A stretch of 64,000 nt of DNA from Phaeosaccion multiseriatum (lineage: Eukaryota; Protista; Ochrophyta, other classes). The stretch is taken from assembly GCA_965112735.1 (NCBI GenBank), contig OZ218951.1:2914001-2978000 (forward strand), written 5' to 3'. Shown piece after piece: positions 40,475 to 52,680 of the stretch (positions are counted from its first letter, which is position 1; each line of letters opens with the position of its first letter). The notes under the pieces were generated by a model. The model saw nothing but the letters and a program-made list of their open reading frames with translations, was not told the DNA's origin and did no database searches. A program made the position numbers and the translations under genes.

Positions 40475-43400
40475 CCCCCTCCTCATCCTCCTCCTCCTCC
40501 TCCTCCCAAAAGGCGGAGGCCCGTGCCATGCGCAGCCCGAGCCTGGTGACCGCCATGCTGCCCGCGAGGTGTGGCGGCGGCAAGGCAGTGTCCATCTCCG
40601 CCTCCGAGAAGCACACCGCTGTAGTCACCAACCTGGGGGACGTCTTTACATGGGGCGCCCCGGACGAAGGAGCCAAGGTGCTGGGTCATCGGGGAGAAGG
40701 CAGTTGGCAGCCTGTGGCGAGGAGGGTGGCAGGGGTGAAGAAGGCGGTGGGGGTGGCGGCAGCGGCGGATCACACTTTAGTATTGCTGGCAGCCTCCAAG
40801 CCAGCACTACCCGGGAGGCTGAGGTTTGTGGGTCAGCAGCATCGGTTGGTGCTGGCGGCAACAAAGCTGTCCGCGTCGTCGTCATCGTCTTCGTCTTTGT
40901 GGGAGGGTAAGAGAGACGGAGGAGGAGGAGGAGGAGAGGACGAGGATAGTGCTCTCCGGTTGGAGCGTGAGCTGGGTTTGGCGCCAGCGGGGATGGGGAG
41001 AAGAAAGAATAGTAGTGGGAGCTTCAGTTTTAGTGGTAGCGGTGGGAGAAGGAGACGTAGGAGGAGCCGTGATGGTATGGATATGGAGGGGTGGTTGGCC
41101 AGGGAAGAGGAGGCAGATAACATGGGTGGAGGAAGGGGAGGACTCCTTGGGTCTTTGGGGGGTGGAGCGCGAGGAGAGTCGGCTGTAGCAGCAGCAGCAG
41201 CAGCGATGGCAGGGCCGGGGGTATTGGAGGAGGACGGACTATTCTCCATATCCTCCCGCTTAGCTCTTGGTGAGATGGACGTAGAAGGCAGCACTGACGA
41301 CGACGAAGACGACGACGAGGGGGAGGAGGAGGAGGAGGAGGAGGAGGAGGAGGGCGATGAGAGCGACCGCGATCGTGAAGAGGGGGGTGGGCGCGCACGT
41401 GGCGTTGCCAGCAGCGCTCATGATGGGCATGTGATGGGGGATAATCGAGTGAGGAGGGCTGGCGACGAGGGGGGCAGACGCCACAGTGGTGGAGGCGGGA
41501 GGAGGGAACACGGGGAAGATAACGGGAGGAGGCGACGGCGCAGGAGGAGCTCGGCAGGATTCATGGAGGAGGAGGAGGAGGAGGAGGAGGAGGATGAGGA
41601 GTGGGAGGGGGGGGAGGAGGAGGCGAGCCAATCGGAGACGGCGGGGTTAGGGGGGCATTTCTGCCTCTTTCACCAGCCGGAGCGGAGGAGGAGGAGCAGT
41701 ATCGAGAGTGCGAGAAGACAGCGGACGTGCAGCAACCACCGCCGCAGCAGCTCGTGCTGGGATGACTGCCCTGACGGCAGAGGAGGAGGAGGAGGAGGAG
41801 GAGATCCGAAGGGTTTGTTGACGCTCAAGGAGTTGACAGAGAAGGTGATCTGCGATGAGTTAGATCTTCTTAACGCCTTCTCGCTGCTGCATGTGGCGGA
41901 TGCTCTGGAGTCCCCCAATCTGCTCCGCTACACCGTGGCATTCATATGGGCCAACTTGGACGCTATTCTGGTGCTGGGGAGAGAGAGAGGAGGAGGAGGA
42001 GGAGTAGGTGGCGGAGGAGAGGGCGACGGGAGTGGGGGGGCCTTTGAGTACATTTTGGGTGCGACGGGGGATGCAGAGAAGGTCCTGCGAGGGCAATCGC
42101 TGGACGCAGGAGGAGGGGCGGGGGAGGAGGAGGGGGAGGAGGAGGAGGAGGAGGAGGAGGAGAAAGGGAAAGCTCTGTTGTTCGGAATAGGTAAGGTGCG
42201 AAGTGCGTGCGAGCTGACACAGCGTATTGTAGCCAGGGCAGAGTGCTCCGTACGGACGGAGGCGAAGGCCAAACGCTTGGCAGCTTTGAGGTCAGCGAGT
42301 GCTCTCGAGACGACCGCCGCGGCGGCTGCGGCAGCTGCTGCGGCAGCTAATGGTGGTGCCGGTGGTGGTGCTGGTGCTGATGCTGCGGCCGATAACGGTG
42401 GGAGTAACGAAAACCCCAGCAATGCCCAATCGCTTGCCTCGCAGCAGCAGCAGCACCACCAGTTGATGATACAGCAGCAGCAGTTGGCGATACAGCAACA
42501 GCAACAGGAGCAGCAGCGGCAGTACGGGTACGAAGGAGAATTTGGCGACGACGGTATGATCAACATCCAAGCCATGGAGCTGGCTATGGAGAGAGCCAAT
42601 GCAAAGGCCCAAGCGCCGAGCCTGGAACAGGTGAGCAAGACGGTTCGCTCCCTTCGCAAGAAGCTCTTGAGGATTGGGGAGCTGGAGGACTGGGCGAAAG
42701 GTGCCGTAGCGAGGGGAGGAGGAGGAGGAGGAGGTGGAAGTGCGGAGCAACAGGGCAGCAGCAGGCTGCAGCTGTCCTCGCAGCAGCTGGAGAAGATTGG
42801 CCGGAAGGAGGACCTCCAGCGAGAGCTGCGTGAGCTTGAACCCTTGCTGGCAAAGCTCAAGCTCACAGAGGCAGCGAGGGAGTCCAAGAGAAGCGCGTTG
42901 TTGCGGGGAGGCATCGGGGCGGGGAAGAAAGAGCTTGACCAGAGAACAAGTAGTGGAGGGCCACGAAAAGAAGGGGACGGCCTAGTTGCTCACCAGCCTG
43001 CCAAGCTCGGGGCTGGTGGAGCTCCTGCGGTGGGAGGAGGAGATGGTGGTGGCGGGGCCCAGCAAGGGGAGCCCGGCCAGACAGCAGCAGCAGCAGTAGT
43101 AGTAGCAGCAGCAGCAGTTGGTGATGCAGCAGCGGGAGCAGAAGAGAGCTCGAGGCGATGGCCGCGTTTAGACCTGACGCCTGACCTTCCCCCTGCCTCT
43201 GCGGCTACGGACGAGAGGAGGAGCAGCAATAACAAGAACGACAAGAAGGTTTTCAGCCTGGACCTCAGTCCGCCTCCGCCCCTCGGCGGCGGGGAGGGGG
43301 AGCAAGTGTTTCGGTGTGACGCGTGTGGAGTGACCGTGGAGGGAGCCGCGGTGTACGCCCAGCATTTGAAGGTAAGGCAATTGGGAATTTGTTTGTGTTG

Positions 43401-44041
43401 TATGGCCATTTGTGACGTCTGCTTGCGGAGCTGCTGTGGTGCGTGGGTCGTGGTCGTGAAGTGCTCTGCTACTGACCCGACCAGGAAGGAATATAGAAGG
43501 AAGAGTGGTGGAGCTTTGTAGCTGTCTTTATTGACTTATGACACCCCCACCGTCCGCCCGACCAATGCCTATCGCCACACACACGCGCACGCACGCACGC
43601 ACACACACACACACACAGGGCAAGCGGCACGCCAAGGCTGTCGCCCGCATAGAGGCAGAGCTCCGCCACGAGGCAACGAAGGCCCGCCTGGCGAGGGGCT
43701 GGGGGGTGGATAGGCCGTCCGACGCTCGGCGACGACTGGCAGCAGAGAACCAACAGCAGCAGCAGCAGCAGCAGCAGTCTCGAAGGGGAGGGGCGTCTTC
43801 TTCCTTTAAGCCTCGGGAGCTGCGCCACAAGGCCATGAGGGCGGCGGCCACGGCAGTTGGTGATACGGCAGCTGCTGCCAGGACTGCTGCTGAGGCGAGG
43901 GCTCAGGCTGAGAAATGTTCACCTCCCTCGAGCAAGATTCGAGGGGCTTGTGGTGCAGATGATGGGAATGCCTCCTCCGCGCGGAGGTTGGGCGAGCGCT
44001 CGTGTGAGGCTAAGTCGACAGTAGAGGGGGAAACAGCAGCA

Positions 44042-44081
<40 letters not shown>

Positions 44082-47000
44082 GAGCAGCAGCAGAAGGAGC
44101 AGCAACAGTAGGAGGAGGAGGAGGAGGAGGAGGAGGAGGAGGAAAAGGAGGAGGAAGGGCAATACCAGCACCACCAGAGAAAGCGCCTCCTCCCGTGACC
44201 CCCACCAAGACCGAGGCGACAGCACAATCAGCAATTGGTAGTACCGCAGCAGCAGTAGCAGCATCAGTTGGTGATGCACCAGCAGTAGCCTCTCCACCAC
44301 TCCCTACAGAGTCTGCGGCGGTAGCAATGGTAGGAGCGACGACAGGAGCGACAGGCCACCTCCCTACCGCAGTTTTGCAAGCTCCTCCCGTGCAACGCTC
44401 GAGTGTGGACTTGCGCGCCATTCAGCAGCAACAAGAGAAGCAGCGTGCCTCTGTGCGGCAGCAGCAACAGATGCTAAGGAACACCACCTTCCATGCCTCT
44501 GTCGCGCATTTGCAGCACGTCAAAGCGGTGCAGGAGGCCTACAGCGCGGAGGTGCAACACGCGGCCGTCGTCGCCAGCAGTAGTGGCAAGAAGGGAGTAG
44601 AATTGGGGGCGACTCCGGTGGGGGACTTGTTGTCCAAAAGGTAAGGCGCGCTCTATCCGCACAAACACGTATCCACATACGCACACGCACATGCACGTAC
44701 ACACATACACAAATGCACATGCACGCACACACACGCACACACACTCACGCGCACACACACGCACGCGCACACACACGCACGCACACACAACCCGTGTACG
44801 TGTATCCATTCCTCTTTGCTGGAGCGGAGCCGCACACGGTATTGTATGCGGATGCTGAACTTTGAACTTTTGCCTCCTACCTCTCTTGCACTACATAAAC
44901 CATGTCACGTATCTACGTACGGACATACGTACTACCTACCTACCTACCTACCTACCTACCTACCTACCTACCTACCTACCTACCTACCTACCTACCTACC
45001 TACCTACCTACCTACCTACCTACCTACCTACCTACCTACCTACCTACCTACCTACCTACCTACCTACCTACCTACCTACCTACCTACCTACCTACCTACC
45101 TACCTACCTACCTACCTACCTACCTACCTACCTACCTACCTACCGACCTACCTACCTACCTACCTACCTACCTACCTACCTACCTACCTACCTACCTACC
45201 TACCTACCTACCTACCTACCTACCCACCTACCTACCTGCCTACCTACCTACCTACCTTGCGCAGCGCTCCTTTGACGGTGATTGGCGTGGGCAGGAGCTC
45301 CTCCTCGCACTCACTGGGCAACAACAATAATAGTAAGGGCAACAGAAAGGGCTCGTTCGAGGAGGCCACACGTACCACCTCATCGTCATCATCATCATCA
45401 TCATCATCGGGGAAGGAGGCAGCAGCTACTTCTTCTGCTGCTGTGGCCTCCTTTTCGCTGGCGCACTTTATGAAAGTGAAGCCTTCTTCTACCCCTGCCA
45501 CACCCCCAGGTGAGATGATAGTGAATAGACTCCTCTTGGACTTTCTCCTGTCGATGGATGGACCCTCTCTCATTCACTCACTCACTCACTCACTCACTCA
45601 CTCATTCACTCACTCATTCACTCAACTCATTCACTCAACTCATTTAATCACCCACTCACCCACTCACCGCACTCACCAACTCACCCACCAACTTACTCAC
45701 TCACTCACTCACTCACTCACTCACTCACTCACTCACTCACTCGCTCATTCGCCTCTTTGCAGTTGCTGCCTGGGCGGCTCCAGTCGTGGGGGCGACTCTG
45801 AGCAACAAGAAGGAAGAAGGCGTGGAGGAAGCTCTGGCGGGAGGCAAGAAGGGAAGAGGAGGAAGAAGAGGATCGGAGGGGACAGCCTTGTACATGGGGC
45901 AGGGGGGCGCCAAGGGCTCTTGTCCTGTGCCTGCTGCTGCAGAGCGTAGGCAAAGCTTAGGAGAGGGGCAGCATGCTTCGTCCGGCAGCAGCGGCGGAGG
46001 CAGCGGTTGGGGGGGAGGGAGTAAGCAATCGTTTAGCGAGATTCTTGCCGAGGAGGAGCGCGAGAGAGCGGAGCGCGAGGCGTTCGGCACACAAGAGAAT
46101 GTCTGGTACCTGAACGTGAGTGCATGAGGGAGAATGGGAGGAGGGAGGGAGGGAGGGAGGGGGAAAGGAGTTTTGCTTTGTTGTCTTTCGTCTGATTTGT
46201 TGCCTCTTTGTCTTTTGTGGTTTGTGTGTTTGTTTGTCGCAAAGCAGCACAAGCCTCGAGCGGGGAGCTTTGAGTCCATCCAGGAGCAGCAGGAGCAGTT
46301 GGTGATACAGCAGGAGCGGCTCCAGGAGGAGGCCAAGCAACAGGCTGTCGACGCTGCGCTGGAGAGGGAAGAGGCACGCATGCTCGCAATGGCCATTGAG
46401 GCATCGAAGGCGGACTTGGGGGGAAGAGAAAGAGCAAAGGCAGGAGAGATACCCAACAAGAGGAAGGGGGGAGGAGGAGGAGGAGGAGGAGGAGGAGGAG
46501 GAGGAGGAGGAGGGGGAAGGGGAGGAGGAGGAGGAGGAGGAGGAGGAGGTGGGGGCGGGGGGAGGCGAGGGGGGGAGAAGAAGGGGCGGGACGGGGAGGA
46601 GGGCGGACAGCAGCAGCAGACACCAGAGAAGGGGAAGGGGAAGGGAAGGGTGCTTGGGGACGTGGAGGCGGAAACGGACGAAAAGCGGAGGCGGGGTGGT
46701 GAGGGGGGCAGCAGCGGAGGAAGGGGGGGGCAGGCCCGGGAGCGAGGGAAGGGGGGACGGCAGCAGGGGCGGCGTGACAGTGCCAGCAGGAAGGGAAGCG
46801 AAGAAGGGGGCCAACGAAGAAGTAGAGGAGGAGGGAGAGGAGGAGGAGCACGAGAGGAGGGGGGAGGAGGAGGAGGAGGAGCAAGAGGAGGACGGCCGTC
46901 TATCACGGCAGGAGCGCAGGATGGGGTATCACAGCCCCTGAGACGGAGCAAGAAGCGCTCGGAGGGAAGCGGCACCACACGCCACAGAGGTGCCGACACG

Positions 47001-47345
47001 GACTCCAGCGCTATCACAAGCACCAGCACCAGCACCAGCGCTATCACAAGCACCAGCGCTATCACAAGCACCAGCACGGACTCCAGCGCTATCACAAGCA
47101 CCAGCACCAGCACCAGCACCGCGAGCACCAGCACTCATGCGCGGGTGACTGCCACCCAGGGGAAGGGAGGTGAAGGAGGGACTGTTGCTCCTCCTCCTCC
47201 TCCTCCTGCTGCTGCTGCTGCTCCTCCTGCTGCTGCTGCTGCTTCTGCTGCTGTTAGTGGTGGTGGTGGTGGTGGTGGTGGTGCTCTGCGTCCTTTGTTG
47301 GCAACAGCTCGGGAGTGGGTGCCCCAGGCCCACGGATCGGGATAA
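36822..47345 (+). CDS. Ankyrin + RCC1-repeat protein of IBTK-like type, with BACK-like segment, coiled coil, C2H2 zinc finger and C-terminal PAM2-like motif
   Basis: Ankyrin repeats ([14 protein letters not shown]|[32 protein letters not shown]), several RCC1 repeats ([29 protein letters not shown]; [12 protein letters not shown]; [19 protein letters not shown]), [57 protein letters not shown]|GKRH. About 11 exons, stop TAA 47343-47345. Confidence 0.9.
44932..45256 (+). repeat. (TACC)n tetranucleotide microsatellite, ~80 units, intronic
   Basis: Near-perfect TACC array ending just upstream of the acceptor TTGCGCAG (45264). Confidence 0.97.
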
Positions 47346-47346
47346 C

Positions 47347-47418
47347 CAAAGTAGAGCCCTACAATCAAAGTAGAGCCCTACAATCAAAGTAGAGCCCTAC
47401 ATCAAGTAGAGCCCTTAC
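47347..47418 (+). repeat. 19-bp tandem repeat (CAAAGTAGAGCCCTACAAT), ~4 copies, directly after the stop codon
   Basis: Two perfect and two degenerate copies begin 2 nt after TAA of the ankyrin-RCC1 gene. Confidence 0.9.
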
Positions 47419-47759
47419 GCAGAGCAGCGCAGAACCGCAGAGGGACGGCAGACGGGTAATGCACCAGCGACAGAAGGCACACTTCATGCCCTAAGAACTA
47501 TCATACACACCTACGACATCCCGGACGCTGGACTTGAGCGCGAGGGAGAATAAATAATTGATACAATGACAGTGTTGCGGCCCGGGCGCCCTCCTGCTTT
47601 CCCCTGGGGTCTCTCTCCCTCTCTCTCTCTTTCTATCTCCCTCTCTCTCTCTCTCTATTCTATCTATCATCTAGCCGTATGTTAATTCGACTCATCGACT
47701 TCATCCGAACCGACCGATCCTAGCATCAGCGCGCTCTCTCTCCCTCCCTCTCAGACATG

Positions 47760-50700
47760 CTAGCCGAGCCCGCTGCTTCCCAAGGGGCTCCATCCCTGCT
47801 GGCTGGTGCTGCTGCTGCGGCTGGTGCGTGAGGAGGAGGATGATGCTGAGGAGGATTGGTGGCGGTTGTGCTTCTTCAGTCTGTCCACACGCGCTGCTAC
47901 TTCGCTCTCCTTGTGAGTCAAGCCCCACACCTCCAACACATGCACCTGTTGGTGATACACACGGACGCACGCGCACATACAGACGTACAAGACCACCCAC
48001 ACACACAGAGACACACACACAGGCACGTGGATCACAAGACGAGGAAAGGAAGGAAGGTCAGGACAGTCCAAGGGAAGCAAGATGAGGTTTACGGGAACTC
48101 TCCCTTCTCCCGTTCTTCCCACCCCAGCCCCCTCACCCACCCTACACCCCACCCCCTCCTCACCCGACCCAGCTCCATTCCCCCAACCTCATCCTCACCC
48201 CCCACCCCTCCATCTTCAGCCTACCCTCCACCCCGCTCCACCCCTGCATCCTCACCCCACCCTCCACCCCACTCCACCCCATCTTCGCCCCCCACCCCCT
48301 GCATCGTCACCCTATCCTCCACCCCACTCCACCCCACTCCACCCCATCCTCACCCTCCCACCCTCCCACCCTCCATCCTCACCCCTCCATCGTCACCGCA
48401 CCCTCCACCCCTCGGCCCTCTCACCTCAAACTCCGTGGAGGGGCACAGAGGATCATTATCGTACGTAAGGCAGTGATTCGTGCTCCCGGATGCAAAGTCA
48501 TCCCCAACGTAGAGACCAAAGCTTCCCCCCCCACCCCCAACCCCAAGACTGTCTTCTCCGCTGATCTGAAAGTAGCAGTTCATCCCTGTCCATTCGTACT
48601 TGCGCATAGGAAGGGTTGAAAGGTCGTCTTGCTGCTGCTGCTGCTGCTGCTGCTCCTGCTCGTGCTGGTGCTTCATTTCTTGCGCTTGCGCTTTCTCTTG
48701 CTCTTGCTCTTGCTGCTCACATCTGTGACCCTGCCTCGGCTGCTTCTGCTGCCCATCTGATTCCTGCTGCCCCCCCCCACCCTCTCCCGATGGGTTTGAA
48801 GGGTCTCGAACGCCGTCTGCCTTGAAGAGGAAAGACTCCCTGTGGAGCAAAAGAGAAGAGGGAAGATGGAAAAGTAAGAAGGAGCTCATACATATACTCA
48901 CACCACACATACGCATGTATGATACATACATATACGTCATGCATACGTACACACGCACACACACACAACACTCACCAAGGACAGTAGAAGGAGGTGCTAA
49001 CACCCGTCCACACACACCCATGTCTCACTCACCCAGTGCCAAAGGAGCGGGAGCTCAGACACACACACGCACGTACACACACGTACACACATACACGCGT
49101 ACACACATACACACACATACACACGTCTCACTCACACATGCACATGCACACACATACACACACATACACACACATCACTCACCCAGTGCCGTAGTAGGAG
49201 GAGCTTGCCTTCCACGGGGCTGTGCAGTAGGCTCCCATCACCTCTCCAGATAGCGTCTCAAGCATCAGCACAGTGGGGGCCTCGTGCTTCACCTTCTCGT
49301 AGAACTTCGTTCAGCGGGGGGGGGGAGCGGAATGGATGGATGGATGGATGGATGGATGGATGGATGGATGGATGGATGATGATGGATAGTAGATGGATTA
49401 TAGGTAGGTAGGTACGTAGGTAGGTACGTAGATAGGTGGGTGGGTAGGTAGGTAGGTAAGTAGGAAAGAAGGAGGGAGAGAACAGGTATATGGACATGGA
49501 AGAGAAAATAAGTGAGGCGTATGGGAGACCGGCACAAGGAATGTGCAGGTATATGGGCAGGGAAGACAAAACGACAAGCACATGGGCAGGCAGGCAGATG
49601 CGGAGAGGCGAAACACAGAAACACACACAAGGCCGGGGGTCCACGGGGGGTAGGCGGAATGACATTCCTCCTCTCATATACGTATGGTAGTTCTGATGGT
49701 GATTCCTTTTATGTCAATGAATGCCCCCACTCCCCCTCCTACCTCCACTTTCCCACCCACCTGAATAAAGTTTCCTCCGTCTCGCAAGCTGCTAAAGAGA
49801 AGCATCCAATTGTAGCCCTGCTGGTGCTGCGGCAGCCAAGAGTCTACCAGGCCCATCATTCGCGGAGACGCGACTTCGCTCTTTCCGTTCACGAGCTTGG
49901 GAATCATCACCGTGGGTGCCGCCGCAGCAACGGGGGGAGAAGGAGGAGCAGGAGGAGCAGGAGGCTCTCCCTCCTTCGACGTTTTACTGCTACTGGCTGC
50001 AGTAGCACCACTGCCCGGCTCGTGCTCGGTGGCGGCGCCTCTGCTGCTTCTTGTACTATCCCCCTCCTGGTCCTCCTTCTCCTTCTCCGTCTCGCCCCCT
50101 TCCCCTCCCCCCCCCCCTCCTCCTCCTTGCCTCGTTGTTGTTGTCCCCCCGCCAAAGAAGGTGGTCGTCACGCCCAGTGGTGTGGTACGACCCCCACTGC
50201 TACCGCTGGCATTGCTGCTCCTACTGAGCAGCTCAGAGGAGGCCCACATAGCCGAGGCCGAGGAGGCAATGCCACTCGCCCACGCCGCTGCATCCATTAT
50301 GAGCCCTTCCGAGGGAGAGCGCTTTCGCTGCCGGCTGTTGTCGTTGTCGCCGTCCGCTTCTCCGTCTACTCGAGCCCCATCCTTGGGGTCTCCTTCCTCC
50401 TGTGGATGCGCGCCTCCTCCTGCTTCGGCTGCTAGTGCTGATGCTGGTGCTGCTACTACTGCTCCTTCTGCTGTTGCTGTTGCTGTATCACCAGCTGCTA
50501 GTGGTGGTGGTGCTGCTGGTGACCCTGCAGCGTCCTCCAGTGGCTCCGGTCCTGTCCAAGGGTTGGTCCTGATGGATGGGCGATACAGAAACAAAAGGCG
50601 CAGAGGGAGGGGAGGAGGAGAGGAAAGTCAGGACGCAGTGGAGAGCTTATGAAGGGAAGAGCTCCCGCCTTTCGCCCGTCTCCTCTCTGTCTGCACGCAC

Positions 50701-51541
50701 GTGATGCAATTAATCGTGCCCCTCTTCCTCTCTCTCTTCTTGTCTGCCGCACAATTCATGATGACAATCCCCTCTTTCTCTCTCTCTCGCCTGTATTGTA
50801 CACAATCGATACTAACCACATGTTCTTAAACCGTCCAGACAAACTCCCCGAGAATAATCTCGCGCCTGAGAGCAGGGACTCGTCGTCTGTCACACCATTG
50901 GCGCGGACGCCCTTGCCTCCTTCCGTCTCCTCCTCCCCGTGCTCATTCGGTTGGTCCTCGCTCATGTCTTCTGGCGACGGCATGTTTGCTGCTAGTATAC
51001 TGCCCTCACTGTTTCGCCTCTTGCGCCACAGAGAAGCCAGCCCTCCAGCCAGCCCTTCGGTCAGCGACGCAGCCCTCGCTTGCTCCGCCTCCGGTTCATC
51101 CTCTTCCGAAAAAAAGAGGGACAAGTCCTCTACCGACATCTCACGGTGCATCGGCGATTGGCGCGGAGCCACGGCGACCGAGTCTTCCCTACCACGGCTT
51201 CCTCCGCCATTTCCTCCCTCCACCCATCCGAATCCACCCTCGACGTTGGGGTCGTGTTGTGGCATCTTCGGCTCCAGCCCCAACTCCAAGTGAGTTGGCA
51301 TGGATACAAATAACATCTGGCCAGAGACCACGAGGCTGCTCTCAACGCTCATGCTTTCCCCTAGGGTACAGGTACCCAAGCTGGTTCTATTGAGCTCCAA
51401 GAGGCTAGTTGGGGTCATGTGATGTGCTGTGGCGATGGATGCCAATGTGTCTGTCTCGCGTACCACGTACATAGAAACAGCCGTAGGAGTTGACCCGAGT
51501 GCTGGAGGGTTTCCCTCCCCTCCGGCTTTTGGGTGTGGCAT
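47760..51541 (-). CDS. LysM + TLDc domain protein (OXR1/NCOA7 family)
   Basis: LysM: YVVRETDTLASIATAHHMTPTSLLELNR. TLDc across exons: WLPQHQQGYNWMLLFSSLRDGGNFIQ|FYEKVKHEAPTVLMLETLSGEVMGAY..YYGT|GESFLFK..YEWTGMNCYFQ..GGGGGSFGLYVGDDFASGSTNHCLTYDNDPL..FE|VHVLEVWGL. An extra upstream exon (~51795-51670) is possible. Confidence 0.9.
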
Positions 51542-52073
51542 TTCTTCCCCTGGCCCCTTTCCCTGCGCTCTAATAAAATGAAGCCCAAAGTAACTCACAC
51601 TCAGGAGTGAAGGAATCGAAGCAAAAGCACACGAAGCTAAGCAGCAACAAATCCCTCGCTTCTCCTCACGAGTAACCCACTTTCCTCCATTGAACAACCG
51701 ATCATCTCCTCGCCTTTGACTCTTCTTCTACTCGCCTTTGACTCTCTTCTACTGCTGTGAAGGGAATTGGCAGTTCCCGATCCCCATTGCCACATCTGAA
51801 ACTCGTATTCCCCCGATCGGTCCGGGCGCCAAAGACGCTTCTTCTCTCTCTCTCCCCTCTCCCTCCTTCTTCTCCTCTCCCACCGATTGTGTTTCGTCAA
51901 GTCAGTAGACACGTTTTCTTCCCCACGGGGTCTTCCACCGATGCAACGCATTAGCTCAAAGGGACAGGGGAGTCTTGATCATCGTTTCGCATCAGGCGCC
52001 GGCGCGACTCAACGGGCGGGGCAGCGATGAGCAGCAAAGGCACACATAGGAGAGGTAGCGATCGGGCGAGACG

Positions 52074-52645
52074 ATGACCGGAGCCGATGCGAGTAGCAGG
52101 AGCATCGCTGAGCTGAACCTTGTCCTCATGCAGCCCAACGCAGGTATGAAACTGTAGGAGAAGGAGCAATCGTGGATTGTCTGATTGACTACAGGGACAT
52201 GGGGGGGGTGGCGTGGGGTAGAGTGTACCCCGCCTCTGGTCCATCTTCGGCCCGTCGAACCCCTCTCTGGATTGATTGACACACACACTCTTGAGCTCTT
52301 GCTACATTTGTAGCGCTGCTCTGTCCCTCGGTCCTTCCCGGCCTTCCTCCCCTGCACCCCCCTCTCATCCTTGTTCCTCTTGCTTATGGTCTATCATCAT
52401 CTCACAATCTTCCTCCTTCTCATCTCGTATATCTCGCCCTTGCAGTTTCCCTGCGCAGAAAGGACATCCTCTCGCTGGCCAACGCGTTTCTCGTGGCGAA
52501 TGCCCATCTGGAAACCTCACCCAACCTGAAGGAACCTCATGCCGACCCCCTGCAGCCCATCTTCAAGGTAGAGAGGAGGGGGAGAGGTCCAGTGTACCCG
52601 TGGTGCTTATGGAAAAGGAGTTAGCACGGAGGAAGAGGAGGAGAG

Positions 52646-52680
<35 letters not shown>

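Noticed and set aside
44816-45949. Long ORFs of YLPT repeats, and similar poly-VC, poly-HPPT, poly-F/K/E and poly-LS ORFs throughout the window
   Set aside because: They are translations of stop-free intronic microsatellites lying between clear GT-AG exon boundaries.
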